Assembly: GCA_040954595.2 (NCBI GenBank)
Contig: JBECUI020000025.1
Location: 1 to 64,000, forward strand
Direction: 5' to 3'
From: Balanoglossus misakiensis
Taxonomy: Eukaryota; Animalia; Hemichordata
DNA length: 64,000 nt
The stretch's first letter is position 1. Every line of letters begins with the position of its first letter. The position numbers and the translations under genes were made by a program. Of the stretch, positions 11,008-21,155 are shown in pieces. The notes under the pieces were generated by a model. That model made no database searches. It was not told the DNA's origin and saw only the letters and a program-made list of their open reading frames with translations.

Positions 11008-11793
11008 TTACTCCATATTCATATCGCGCCGTAATACATCTCGATCGCTCGGCGGAAGAAATGATAGTAATTTTTCAAATACAATACGCGGATTATCTCC
11101 CGATTGTATTGCTAATACTCCCTCAATGATGATTTCCTTCGTTAGTGCCTCATTTCGGTCCGACTCTATCAGCTTGGTCCGCATCGGTATTAAAACGAGG
11201 TTAGCAAGAATCGAACCGTAGAGCGTTGTTACCAAGGCTGTTTGCATTCCACGTCCGATTGCAGTAATATCACCCCCGATATTTCCTAACATAGCAATTA
11301 AACCAATAAGAGTACCTATTAGTCCGAAGGCTGGTGCTATTTTTGCCCAATCATCAAAGATCCGATGACCAATACTGTGCCGCGCCTGTATCTCGTTGAG
11401 GTCGGCATAAAGAATGCTCTTAATAACAGCAGGATCCGTGCCATCTACTACTAACTGTATGCCGCGACGCATAAATGCATCTTCGATGAGTTCTACGTTG
11501 TCCTCGAGTGCTAATAGCCCCTCTCGTCGTGCTCGTTCAGCCAGATTAACCAGACTTGATATAATCTGTGCATCATGTTTCTCTTCTTTCCGAAAGATGT
11601 GTCGTATGTATACGCGCAGTTTGAACATACGCGCTATGGGATTGGCTATTAACAAGGCACAAAAGGAGCCAACAAAGACAATGAAGACTGAAGAAATACT
11701 AACATACGGAAGTATTCCTACCCCACTCAGTAATACACCTACACCAAGAACGGCAAATCCAACAATTAGACCTACTATTGAACCTATATCCAT
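11008..11793 (-). CDS. motA: Flagellar stator protein MotA
   Basis: ARREGLLALE, PAFGLIGTLIGL, ALVTTLYG and IQSGDNP motifs. Confidence 0.96.
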   Translation of the reverse strand: MDIGSIVGLIVGFAVLGVGVLLSGVGILPYVSISSVFIVFVGSFCALLIANPIARMFKLRVYIRHIFRKEEKHDAQIISSLVNLAERARREGLLALEDNVELIEDAFMRRGIQLVVDGTDPAVIKSILYADLNEIQARHSIGHRIFDDWAKIAPAFGLIGTLIGLIAMLGNIGGDITAIGRGMQTALVTTLYGSILANLVLIPMRTKLIESDRNEALTKEIIIEGVLAIQSGDNPRIVFEKLLSFLPPSDRDVLRRDMNME

Positions 11794-11994
11794 CTATATT
11801 GCTCCATCCTTTTGTAGACTAATTGACTTCCTGTATTCCATAATGATCTGTATAACATTTTGTAGCCCGTCCTTCACGACAAGCCTCTTCCCGGACAGCA
11901 TGGTCAACGTTGTATCCGGTCTGGCTTCAACGTATTCAATCTGATGAGGATTGACATAAAATGTACTGCCGTCAAGTTTTGTCAATAAAATCAT
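11794..11994 (-). CDS. flbD: Flagellar protein FlbD
   Basis: MILLTKLDG..NPHQIEYVEARPDTTLTMLSG; between flgE and motA. Confidence 0.93.
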   Translation of the reverse strand: MILLTKLDGSTFYVNPHQIEYVEARPDTTLTMLSGKRLVVKDGLQNVIQIIMEYRKSISLQKDGAI

Positions 11995-12015
11995 ATATGT
12001 ATCCTACTTAGCGTT

Positions 12016-13422
12016 TTATCGCTTTAATGTCAATATTTCCTGTAACATCTGATCGGAAGTCTGAATTGTTCTACTGTTCGCTTGAAATCCTCTCTGCGTT
12101 ACTATCATATCAGTAAACTGCTCAGCAAGGTCAACATTGCTCATTTCCAATGTGCCGGCAATTATTTTGCCCCTACCTGCGGTTCCGACCGTTCCAACAT
12201 CGGGGTTTCCACTGTTAATAGTAAGCCGATAGTTATTCTCCCCCTCCTTCTCTAATCCACCGGGATTAGTAAATGTAGAGAGGGCAATTTGGCCAAGGTC
12301 GCGGACATTCCCATTAGAAAATATGCCCGTTATGAGACCACTCTGATCTATTCGATAATCGTTCAGATACCCCATGCCATAACCGTTCTGTTCAAATATC
12401 TTGGTCGAACTGGGAGCATTGAACTGGGTCATGCTGTTGACAAAGGAAGCAGCCTGCCCAAGGTTCAGATTAAAAAGCTGTGCAACCGGTCCGGCAAGAC
12501 CAGTCGCCGGATCAATCTCAGGCGTGGCATTAGCAACATCAAAGCTTACCTGCACGGAAAGATCTCCGTCGGTTACCAGCCCACCTTCCGGATTGCTGAC
12601 CGAAAGCAATGTCCCGTTGTTGTCAAATTCAATGATAAACGTTGCCCCGTCCGCACTGGGGATGCCCCCGACATTGATTGTCTGCGCCGTTGGCACTTCC
12701 AGTTCCGGGTCAACAGTTGTTGTTGCCAACCATTGATTCGGTAAACCGGCAATTCTGCTAAAATCAATACGAAGGGTATGTGTTCCACCGAAGCTGTCGT
12801 AAACATCGTATTCAGCGGTCCATGTACCCGCAAGAGTTTCCGCCGGGGTTGCCCCAGGTGGAATGATAGGAGTGTTCTTATCTACGTTGCTTGCAAGAAA
12901 TACTTCAGTTGTTGCCTGTGCCGGATCCTTGCTCCCAATGGGGATAACAATATCCTCGATGGCTGCTGAGGTATTGATGATAGTATTGCCGTCAACCTGT
13001 TGGGCCAACCATCCTTGAATACGCATGCCGTTCGCCGGATTAACAAAATTACCATCCCTGTCAAGGGCAAATGTTCCATCACGCGTGTAGAATTCTTCTT
13101 GCCCAGCACGAAGAACAAAAAAGCCGTCTCCCTCTATCGCCAGATCGCTTTTTACGCCTGTCGTCTGTAAGGCACCTTGGGTATGAATCGTGTCAATGGT
13201 TGCAATATTGACCCCGAGTCCTACTTGCTGTGGATTAACACCGCCAACTCGCTCATTCGGTCTGCTTGCCCCCTGCAGATTCTGCGAAAGAAGATCCTGA
13301 AAATTGACCCTGCCCTTCTTGAATCCGGTTGTATTGACATTGGAAATGTTATTACCAATAACGTCCATACGCGTTTGGTGATTCTGTAATCCGGATACAC
13401 CGGCATATAATGACCGCATCAT
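12016..13422 (-). CDS. flgE: Flagellar hook protein FlgE
   Basis: MMRSLYAGVSG..GNNISNVNTTGFK; C-terminal LEMSNVDLAEQFTDMIVTQRGFQANS. Confidence 0.98.
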   Translation of the reverse strand: MMRSLYAGVSGLQNHQTRMDVIGNNISNVNTTGFKKGRVNFQDLLSQNLQGASRPNERVGGVNPQQVGLGVNIATIDTIHTQGALQTTGVKSDLAIEGDGFFVLRAGQEEFYTRDGTFALDRDGNFVNPANGMRIQGWLAQQVDGNTIINTSAAIEDIVIPIGSKDPAQATTEVFLASNVDKNTPIIPPGATPAETLAGTWTAEYDVYDSFGGTHTLRIDFSRIAGLPNQWLATTTVDPELEVPTAQTINVGGIPSADGATFIIEFDNNGTLLSVSNPEGGLVTDGDLSVQVSFDVANATPEIDPATGLAGPVAQLFNLNLGQAASFVNSMTQFNAPSSTKIFEQNGYGMGYLNDYRIDQSGLITGIFSNGNVRDLGQIALSTFTNPGGLEKEGENNYRLTINSGNPDVGTVGTAGRGKIIAGTLEMSNVDLAEQFTDMIVTQRGFQANSRTIQTSDQMLQEILTLKR

Positions 13423-13445
13423 AATGCTTGTCCTCCTGTTGTTTC

Positions 13446-13877
13446 CTATTTATAAATAGCACGAACTTTCTCGAGTTCGTAGTACGATCCGTTTACCATT
13501 ATCTGAGGTACGGGTTGACTTTGTACTGCTTGAACCGAGCCGCTAATAATGTTTTGCCCATCAAATACTTCCACCGTACGTCCCAGCATGGTTAATGCCT
13601 GATTTACACCAAAAGTATTAGCAAGAGTCGCAAAGGCGTCTCCCATCTCCGTCATTTGTTCCAGTGTACTAAACTGGGCCATCTGTGCAATAAATTCCTT
13701 ATCTTGCATTGGGGCAGTTGGATCTTGATTCTGCAACTGCGTGATAAGAACTTTGAGAAAATCGTCCTTCCCCAGTGCATCCCCTGCTGTCTTCGACCCA
13801 AGTGATTTATTAAAATAGTTCGTTTCCGTTTGAGCACGTGAAATTTCAGCGGTGCTTAACATATTTGATACATCCAT
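13446..13877 (-). CDS. flgD: Hook capping protein FlgD
   Basis: LGKDDFLKVLITQLQNQDPTAPM..FIAQMAQFS. Confidence 0.96.
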   Translation of the reverse strand: MDVSNMLSTAEISRAQTETNYFNKSLGSKTAGDALGKDDFLKVLITQLQNQDPTAPMQDKEFIAQMAQFSTLEQMTEMGDAFATLANTFGVNQALTMLGRTVEVFDGQNIISGSVQAVQSQPVPQIMVNGSYYELEKVRAIYK

Positions 13878-13895
13878 GTTTCTCTCCTTCTTTAC

Positions 13896-15086
13896 TTACG
13901 CTACAAGATTTATTCGATGCCCGACATCCCAGACCGGCACCATTTCATGTTCGGATTCCGCATTGCTTGAAGCATGATATGCCTTTGCTTCTTCTTCTAT
14001 AAAATCTTCCTGATGCTCATCTCGCACAGTAATTTCCATTCCTTCAATCTGAAATCCTTGATTTATAAACGCACGCTGTAATGAATCCATATTCTCTTCA
14101 ACAATAGACCTGACTAATTGAGTATCGACGATTATTTTGCCGAGTACAGTATTATCTTTCAGTTGCAAGCGAACTCGAAGCTCTCCGAGTTCTCGTGGCT
14201 GCAATAATAAGCGTATCTCACCCGAATTTTGTTGTTCAAAAATAATAGCCGCCTGCTTGACGATCTGCTGACTTAACTGAGTCCGAAGGAGATCCGAGAA
14301 AGCTTGAACCTTGCTTGTTGTGTCGGTAAGAGCCACAAGTCGATTTTGTATCTGCAGCGGCGTTCCCTTGCCGAACATGCTCCGATCCCCATCCTGATCC
14401 TGATACCCACTGTTACGTGCTTGCTCTTTTTGCGCTCCTTCCTGCTTGACTTCTTCAAGCATTACCGGAGACTTTTCAATTACTTTCTTCTTTTCAGTCG
14501 AATGATCTACAGGTTGCTCTACCCGAGGCATTTTTACTGCCTCGTCAATCTCTTTGCTTAGTGCTTGACTTTCTATTGGAGTAGCTGATGTTTCCGCAGG
14601 TTTGAGAGCAGTTTTTATCTCGTCTTTCTGCGTCTCGGATAGACTTACTTGCTTTTCAACAGGAATGACTTCCGCTTGCAGGAGAACTGCTTCCAGTTCT
14701 TCGTCCCCTTGCTTCTTATCTACAAGGTCGGATACTTCGTTCTTCTTCACAGTCTTTCCCTTCCCTGTTTCCCTCGGGGTCTTTGTATTCTCTACACCCT
14801 CTGTTTTTTTTGTATGCTCTGTTTCTGTTCCTTCGCTTTTTTGCTTTTTCGGCTCTGTATTTTTGTCCTGTTCTGATAATTTTTTAGAAGCCTTCTGCTC
14901 TATTGCAGTATCTTCGCTTATCGTCTTATTCCGTTCATTTTGTTCCGCATCTGTTTTCTTTTGTATCTCATCGTGTAACATTGAATGAAAATCTTTATCA
15001 AGTCCCATATCAATGTTATGCAAAGAGCTGTTTGCTATATAAGGTTGAGGTATTGAAACATCATTGCTCGGTATAAATTCAATCAT
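13896..15086 (-). CDS. fliK: Hook-length control protein FliK
   Basis: Charged low-complexity N-terminus plus GEIRLLLQPRELGELRV FliK-C domain; directly upstream of flgD. Confidence 0.88.
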   Translation of the reverse strand: MIEFIPSNDVSIPQPYIANSSLHNIDMGLDKDFHSMLHDEIQKKTDAEQNERNKTISEDTAIEQKASKKLSEQDKNTEPKKQKSEGTETEHTKKTEGVENTKTPRETGKGKTVKKNEVSDLVDKKQGDEELEAVLLQAEVIPVEKQVSLSETQKDEIKTALKPAETSATPIESQALSKEIDEAVKMPRVEQPVDHSTEKKKVIEKSPVMLEEVKQEGAQKEQARNSGYQDQDGDRSMFGKGTPLQIQNRLVALTDTTSKVQAFSDLLRTQLSQQIVKQAAIIFEQQNSGEIRLLLQPRELGELRVRLQLKDNTVLGKIIVDTQLVRSIVEENMDSLQRAFINQGFQIEGMEITVRDEHQEDFIEEEAKAYHASSNAESEHEMVPVWDVGHRINLVA

Positions 15087-15709
15087 TCATTGCTCGGTCG
15101 CATGGTCATTTTTCTCTGTACGCTCGCTGCACGATCCGCTGGCAGGAGGGAAAGCCAATATGGCACAATTGATTGCTCTCCGCGCTGGGTAGATATTGCA
15201 TCTGTCGCCTCCAACACATCAATCAATAGCTGGTCATCATAGTTGCTGAGTATGTCAACTGCATCAACTGGTTGCATGCCTAATAAATCCTGTGCATTTT
15301 TTTCAAGCACCACTCTTCTATTGTCGTACCGAGTTATTTTTTCATTTAGTGTTTTCTCCTGATCTGCAAGCGTTTTTTCCCGAACCAGTATGCCTTCTTC
15401 CCGTGAACGAACTACGTTTTCCCGTTCCAGTAGTGCCGCTTCTCGTACTGTAAGGGCATTTTCGCGTATTGTCAGTGCCTCCCTCTCAGATGCTATTCGT
15501 ACACTATCCAATACTACCGCAGGAGCTAATGCCTGATTGTTCGGTACCGTTGGCTGTAGTCCGAAAAGGCCCAGAGCACTGTTGTATAAAACCTGTGCGC
15601 TGAGAATGTCCATAAAGTCAAACCAAAATAATGCAGAAAACATAACAAGAAAAAACAATATGATAAGAAAAAATATTCTCAGCCCTGACCCAAATGCTTT
15701 CTTAGCCAT
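15083..15709 (-). CDS. flbB: Periplasmic flagellar collar protein FlbB
   Basis: N-terminal TM helix (..FWFDFMDI), coiled coil, and C-terminal SIVPYWLSLLPADRAASVQRKM, recognised as spirochete FlbB; position before fliK. Confidence 0.82.
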   Translation of the reverse strand: MAKKAFGSGLRIFFLIILFFLVMFSALFWFDFMDILSAQVLYNSALGLFGLQPTVPNNQALAPAVVLDSVRIASEREALTIRENALTVREAALLERENVVRSREEGILVREKTLADQEKTLNEKITRYDNRRVVLEKNAQDLLGMQPVDAVDILSNYDDQLLIDVLEATDAISTQRGEQSIVPYWLSLLPADRAASVQRKMTMRPSNE

Positions 15710-16142
15710 TGTTCTTTCTCCATATCCGATTAGAACCTTCGGCAATTTCTATCTGCCGGTAACGCATAAGGAGAGTTTTGTATTCTTCCTTCTTTCGGTC
15801 TTCTAGCAATTCCAACACGGTATACTCCTTCTTTGCCTGCATAAATTCCTTCGCTGCCTTCTCCAATTCCTTCCCTATTTCCTCAAGAACAGAAAGCATT
15901 TTTTTTTGCTGTACATCCAGTCCTTGATGATACGACTCTTGCATTATGCGCTGTTCCAAGTAATCTTCCTTACAGTGAGCATGTGCAACCCGATTCTGCC
16001 GTATCTGTTCTTCCACAGTAGCAATTTGCTTCCTGATAAACTCATAGTTCCCAACTTGCCTAGCAAGCTCCAGTCTCTTGATATTGGCAATGTTTTTTCG
16101 CAAATTCAAAATGCTTGCAAACTGAAAACTAAATGCCTTCAA
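15702..16142 (-). CDS. fliJ: Flagellar export chaperone FliJ
   Basis: MKAFSFQFASILNLR start (TTG with SD AGGAG); coiled coil of about 146 aa; follows fliI. Confidence 0.85.
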   Translation of the reverse strand: MKAFSFQFASILNLRKNIANIKRLELARQVGNYEFIRKQIATVEEQIRQNRVAHAHCKEDYLEQRIMQESYHQGLDVQQKKMLSVLEEIGKELEKAAKEFMQAKKEYTVLELLEDRKKEEYKTLLMRYRQIEIAEGSNRIWRKNNG

Positions 16143-17454
16143 AATCAACTCCTGCCAGTTCACATACAAGTGCTTGGGTATCCTGCATTGAAACTGATTC
16201 ACCAATTCGTTGCTGTAAAAAAGCATTGATGCTAGGCATACGCTCACAAACATCGTCTAAAACGGGATTGCTCCCCTTAATGTAGACACCCGCACGTATG
16301 AGATCCTCTGATTCATCATACATTGCAATCATTTGCCGTAACTTTAATGCTACTTCCCGTATCTTGTCGGGAAGAATTTTATCGGAAAGACGTGATACTG
16401 ATGATAATACATCAATAGCAGGGTAATGACTGCGCTGAGCAAGTTTTCTGCTTAATATAATATGTCCATCCAGAATACCGCGCGTCGTATCTGAGATGGG
16501 CTCTTCGAGGTCATCACCCTCTACCAGAAGGGAGAAAAAGCCGGTAATCGACCCACGTTCGGTTATACCGCATCGCTCCAGTAATTTCGGCAGCATGGCT
16601 TCAACCGAAGGAGGGAACCCTCTAAATGCTGGGGGTTCTCCACGGGCAAGTCCAATTTCCCGTTGTGCACGAGCAAAACGAGTAACCGAATCGAACAGTA
16701 ACATGACATCCTTGCCTAAATCTCTAAAATATTCAGCTATGGCAAGGGCAGTATAGGCCGCACGAATACGAGCTAATGGTGGACTGTCGGAGGTGGATAC
16801 AACAATGATCGAACGCTTGAGACCTTCAGGGCCGAGTTCGTTATCAATAAATTCACGAACTTCCCTTCCTCTCTCGCCAATAAGGGCAATAACATTTACT
16901 TCTGCCTCTGTATTTCTTGCGATCATGCCAAGCAGAGTGGATTTTCCTACACCGCTGCCGGAGAATATTCCCATGCGTTGCCCCTTGCCCACTGCGAGCA
17001 AAGAATCGATTGCACGAACGCCAACCGGTATCTGAGTATCAACATGAATGCGTTCGAGCGGATTAATGGGACTCGTAACCAGTGGGATGTACTTCTTGAC
17101 TGGAATCTTGCCTTTCTTGTCGATGGGCTGACCAAAAGCATCGATGACCCTGCCCAAGGCCGCCTCGCTTATACCGACTGTAAGATTCTCGTGGCTGGTA
17201 GTAACCCTTGACCCGACTTCCAATCCATGCACGTGGGAATAGAGCATAAGCTGTACCGTTGTTCCATGTAGGGCAATAACCTCTGCTAATGCACTTTCAT
17301 CATTCTGTGCACTGTAAATGCGACATACATCCCCCACTCCAACCGGAGGTCCCTGACTCTCAATAAGTGATCCCTTGACAGCACGGACAAACCCGCTGTA
17401 ACAAAAGACATCCGTGTTCTCAACTGCCCGGGTATATTTTTCGAGTAATATCAT
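16129..17454 (-). CDS. fliI: Flagellar export ATPase FliI
   Basis: GSGVGKST Walker A, LIGERGREVREF, LLFDSVTRFA and ILDGHI motifs. Confidence 0.97.
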   Translation of the reverse strand: MILLEKYTRAVENTDVFCYSGFVRAVKGSLIESQGPPVGVGDVCRIYSAQNDESALAEVIALHGTTVQLMLYSHVHGLEVGSRVTTSHENLTVGISEAALGRVIDAFGQPIDKKGKIPVKKYIPLVTSPINPLERIHVDTQIPVGVRAIDSLLAVGKGQRMGIFSGSGVGKSTLLGMIARNTEAEVNVIALIGERGREVREFIDNELGPEGLKRSIIVVSTSDSPPLARIRAAYTALAIAEYFRDLGKDVMLLFDSVTRFARAQREIGLARGEPPAFRGFPPSVEAMLPKLLERCGITERGSITGFFSLLVEGDDLEEPISDTTRGILDGHIILSRKLAQRSHYPAIDVLSSVSRLSDKILPDKIREVALKLRQMIAMYDESEDLIRAGVYIKGSNPVLDDVCERMPSINAFLQQRIGESVSMQDTQALVCELAGVDFEGI

Positions 17455-18377
17455 TCTCTGACCTCCCCCTTGTTCGAGGCCTGAAAGGGCATTAATTGAC
17501 GAATGTTTCTTTCTATGGCATCTAATTGCGTAGAAATACGAGCATCAATTTCTCCAAAATCCGTTTCAATAATACACCCGCCCGGGTCGACTGTTGTATC
17601 TTCAACAACTGTTACATTCTGGACATTCTTTGCAATCGCGGCAATGTCTTTGATGCTCTTACTTACCGATTGGAAGTTGGCAAGATTTACTCGAATAATA
17701 ACATCAGTTCTTTTCCGTAGTTTACGCAGAGCAAAAGTAACGTTATTAATAACTACACTTCGTTGCTCGTCGGAAAGACCTTTGACTACCTTTCTTGATA
17801 TCGCAAGAATAAGGTTGAGGATCTGGCTTTCCAACTCATCAACCATATTTGAACGTCGTTCGACAACTTTGTTCAGAATAACATGCAACTGCTCTATGAT
17901 TCTTTGTGATTCCTGCTTGCCTTCTTCAAGTCCTTGGAGAAATCCTGATTCATATGCTTCCTTTTTTACATTTTCCCGTAATTCGCTTGTTTCACGGAGT
18001 GCATTTTCCCGAGCGGCTTCCGCTTCTTCCTCCGCTGACTTCTGCATGTGCTTAATATTTTTTTCTGTTTCACTTTTGAGATTTTCGGCCTCGCTAATAC
18101 CACTATCTAATAAATCGTCTGCACGTTTTTCTGCCTCCTCAATAATTGTTTCGGCCTGCGCACGTGCTTGTCCCAATATCGTCTCTCTGGTAATATGCCA
18201 CTTATCCCTGAATTCTCGTGCTTCTTCTCGTAGCTCTTCAGCAGTCGGACCGGTGTATTGCTCTTCCTTTTTCCGACGTATCTCTTCTTCGACAACCTTT
18301 GATAGTTTCGGAGCTTGCATAATAACAGAACCGGGCAGTTTTACCACCTGGTCTGCCCGTACTATTTTCTTTGGCAT
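17451..18377 (-). CDS. fliH: Flagellar assembly protein FliH
   Basis: GxxxG repeats (AYESGFLQGLEEG) and GGCIIETDFGEIDARI. Confidence 0.95.
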   Translation of the reverse strand: MPKKIVRADQVVKLPGSVIMQAPKLSKVVEEEIRRKKEEQYTGPTAEELREEAREFRDKWHITRETILGQARAQAETIIEEAEKRADDLLDSGISEAENLKSETEKNIKHMQKSAEEEAEAARENALRETSELRENVKKEAYESGFLQGLEEGKQESQRIIEQLHVILNKVVERRSNMVDELESQILNLILAISRKVVKGLSDEQRSVVINNVTFALRKLRKRTDVIIRVNLANFQSVSKSIKDIAAIAKNVQNVTVVEDTTVDPGGCIIETDFGEIDARISTQLDAIERNIRQLMPFQASNKGEVRE

Positions 18378-18388
18378 TTTCGTTTATC

Positions 18389-19444
18389 CTATACAACCAA
18401 CTCGTCTTCTCCAGGACGTGCAACAACAATCTCGCCTTGCTCTTCCAGCTTTCTGATAGTTGAAACGATTCGTTGCTGACATTCTTCTACTTCCTTCATT
18501 CGGATTGGCCCCATGTATTCCATGTCTTCCTTCAACAGTGTTGCTGCTCGCTTGGATAGGTTGCGGAGAATTTTGTCCTGTACCTCAGAATCCACCGACT
18601 TGAGTGCCTTTGCCAATTCGCTATCATCAACTTCTCGTAGTAATTTCTGTATTGAGCGATCATCCAACAGAACAATGTCTTCAAAGACAAACATTCTCTT
18701 CTTAATTTCTTCAGCTAGTTCCGGATCCTCTTCTTCCAGCGTTTCAATAATGCTACGTTCTGTGCTCCGATCGACGAGGTTCAGTACTTCGACTATGTTA
18801 TCAATACCACCTGCAAGGGTATAGTTTTCCGATGAAAGGGCTGCGAGTTTCTTCTCCAACACGATCTCAACTTCGCGCAAGACCTCTGGAGAAGTTCTAT
18901 CCATGGTTGCAATGCGCTTTGCAACATCCGACTGTACCTCGGGAAGAAGATTGCCAAGAACTATGGATGCCTTCTGCGGATCAAGATAGGCAAGAATAAG
19001 TGCAATTGTTTGCGGATGTTCCTGTTGTATAAAGTTAAACAGATGCGTCGGATCAGTTCGTCGAATAAAATCAAATGGACGAACCTGGAGATTAGAAGTT
19101 AACTTACTAATAATATCTCCTGCTCGCTGTGTTCCCAATGCTCGTTCCAGCAATTCGCGGGCATAATCTATACCGCCTAAGGTAATGAAATCCCGTGCAG
19201 ACATGAGTTCCTGAAATTCTTCTAGAACTGCATCTCGTTCTTCCGGGTCTATTGCTTCTACCTGAGCAATATCATAGGTAAGCATTTCAATCTCGTTCTC
19301 TTTGAGATGCTTAAAGATCTCCGCCGATATTTCTGACCCTACTGTAATAAGAAATACAGCTGATTTCTGCCGTCCGGATAGTTCTTTCTTCTTACTGCGT
19401 GAACCAGAAGATGTTGTTTTTTTTGAAGAATCTAATTCAGCCAT
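18389..19444 (-). CDS. fliG: Flagellar switch protein FliG
   Basis: GGIDYA, EHPQTIALIL and MFVFED motifs. Confidence 0.97.
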   Translation of the reverse strand: MAELDSSKKTTSSGSRSKKKELSGRQKSAVFLITVGSEISAEIFKHLKENEIEMLTYDIAQVEAIDPEERDAVLEEFQELMSARDFITLGGIDYARELLERALGTQRAGDIISKLTSNLQVRPFDFIRRTDPTHLFNFIQQEHPQTIALILAYLDPQKASIVLGNLLPEVQSDVAKRIATMDRTSPEVLREVEIVLEKKLAALSSENYTLAGGIDNIVEVLNLVDRSTERSIIETLEEEDPELAEEIKKRMFVFEDIVLLDDRSIQKLLREVDDSELAKALKSVDSEVQDKILRNLSKRAATLLKEDMEYMGPIRMKEVEECQQRIVSTIRKLEEQGEIVVARPGEDELVV

Positions 19445-19445
19445 A

Positions 19446-21122
19446 CTATTCCTCCATTATCCATGTGCGAAGCAACTGTGCAACATCCGCAGGCCTTTCT
19501 CGTGCCAACTCGATGATCTCGTCGGATAGAGTTGGAGCATGATCCAACTCTTGTTCATTCTGTCGTAGTGATGCCTCACGCATAGCTTGATATTGCTTTA
19601 GAAGTTCTTCCTCTTTCATTCGGCGTCGTCGTTCTACAATATTTGTAATGATACGGACGCTAATAAATGAAACTATGAGTACTGTAAGTGCAAGAAGTGC
19701 ATAAAATATGGTTGTTTGCGTTTGCTGTGCATTGCGAAAGACAGCATCTTCTTCGGCAAACTGTGCTGTACGGTCAAAGGGAAGATGTTCGACGGTAACT
19801 GAATCGCCCCGCTTTATATCATATCCGACTGCATCTTGCACTAACTGGCGTGCTACCAGTATATCTTGCTGATTAACAGGGAAATAGCTCCGTTGGATGC
19901 TCCCGTTCGGATTGAATTGCACAATGCCGAGATCGTTGTACACCCATTGCCAAACGCCGTCGATAGCAACGCTTGCAGTTATTCGTTTTACCTCTAAGCC
20001 CTTTTCTTCATGCGTGGTCCGACTATTCATTTCGTTGTTAACGCGTTCCTGTTCGTTCGACCAGTTTCCAACAATTCCTTCTAGGTCCTTATATGCCGGC
20101 GGAGTCTGTCCCTCCATTCCTGGCGGACCCTCCGGATTAAATCCTGTTCCTTGATACTGTTCGTTAATAATTTCGGTAGATCGTGGCACTGAAAGGACGT
20201 ACTCTCGTTCGCTATACGGTGTGCCTGGATTGTCCGGAACAGTAACGATAGGAAATATTTCGGATACATCAGATGTCCGTATGCCAAGTTCCATGTCTAC
20301 ATTAATATTGACCACCTGAATGCGGTCATCACTGAAAATGCCTGCGAGTGCAATACGAATTGCCTGCTCATATTTACGTTCTTCTGCTGACTTTATTGCT
20401 AGTTCTCGTCTGGTAACTTCCAATCGATCAAAATCCGCTAGGTTTGCAAAATTATTCAATATTACCCCGTTTGTATCGGTAATAGTAAGATTTGCTGCAA
20501 GAAGTCCTTCAACAGCAAACATAATGAGCTTTTCAATGCCTTCGATCTTTCTTCTATTTTCCCGTATGTCCGATCCGGGTTTTGGCGAAATAATTATTGA
20601 TGCAGTTACCGGTAAGGTGTCCTCTACAAAGAGTCGCGCTTCAGGCATAACAAGTGTAACACTTGCCGAATCTATATCTGTGAGGGCAGTAATATGCTGC
20701 TCTACCTGGCGCATGATGCTTCTGCGAAGGTTCACATTACGTTCAAAATCGGTTTGCGTCCACTGCTGAATATCAAAAATATCCCAGGGATCACTTGTCG
20801 GTGGTATCAGATCCTCCCGCGCAAGGAGAGATCTAACTCGCCTAGCTGTAACTACATTGTTAACAAGAATTCGATTATCAGCTGATACGATATAAGCGAC
20901 ATTTTCCTGATCGAGTCGGGCACCTATCCGATCAAGCAATTCGATATCGGTTACAGGTCGAGTAAACACCGCCACAGATGTGGGCGTTGAACTAAAGAAA
21001 AATAGAAGTACGATGCCTAATACAACAGTAGAGGCAACCAGGAATAGGACAAGTTTTTGTCCGCCTTTCCATGATTGCCAAGCATCCGTGATACGTTTTA
21101 ATAGATTTTTAAACCATTCCAT
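19446..21122 (-). CDS. fliF: MS-ring protein FliF
   Basis: Two TM helices, ASVTLVMPE..F, VGYDIKRGDSVTV and C-terminal VAQLLRTW. Confidence 0.95.
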   Translation of the reverse strand: MEWFKNLLKRITDAWQSWKGGQKLVLFLVASTVVLGIVLLFFFSSTPTSVAVFTRPVTDIELLDRIGARLDQENVAYIVSADNRILVNNVVTARRVRSLLAREDLIPPTSDPWDIFDIQQWTQTDFERNVNLRRSIMRQVEQHITALTDIDSASVTLVMPEARLFVEDTLPVTASIIISPKPGSDIRENRRKIEGIEKLIMFAVEGLLAANLTITDTNGVILNNFANLADFDRLEVTRRELAIKSAEERKYEQAIRIALAGIFSDDRIQVVNINVDMELGIRTSDVSEIFPIVTVPDNPGTPYSEREYVLSVPRSTEIINEQYQGTGFNPEGPPGMEGQTPPAYKDLEGIVGNWSNEQERVNNEMNSRTTHEEKGLEVKRITASVAIDGVWQWVYNDLGIVQFNPNGSIQRSYFPVNQQDILVARQLVQDAVGYDIKRGDSVTVEHLPFDRTAQFAEEDAVFRNAQQTQTTIFYALLALTVLIVSFISVRIITNIVERRRRMKEEELLKQYQAMREASLRQNEQELDHAPTLSDEIIELARERPADVAQLLRTWIMEE

Positions 21123-21155
21123 GCTGTTCCCCTCCCAAAGAACACGCTCATTATG

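Noticed and set aside
17503-18456. 317-aa plus-strand ORF
   Set aside because: Ser/Phe-rich antisense shadow of Glu/Lys-rich fliH; no motifs.
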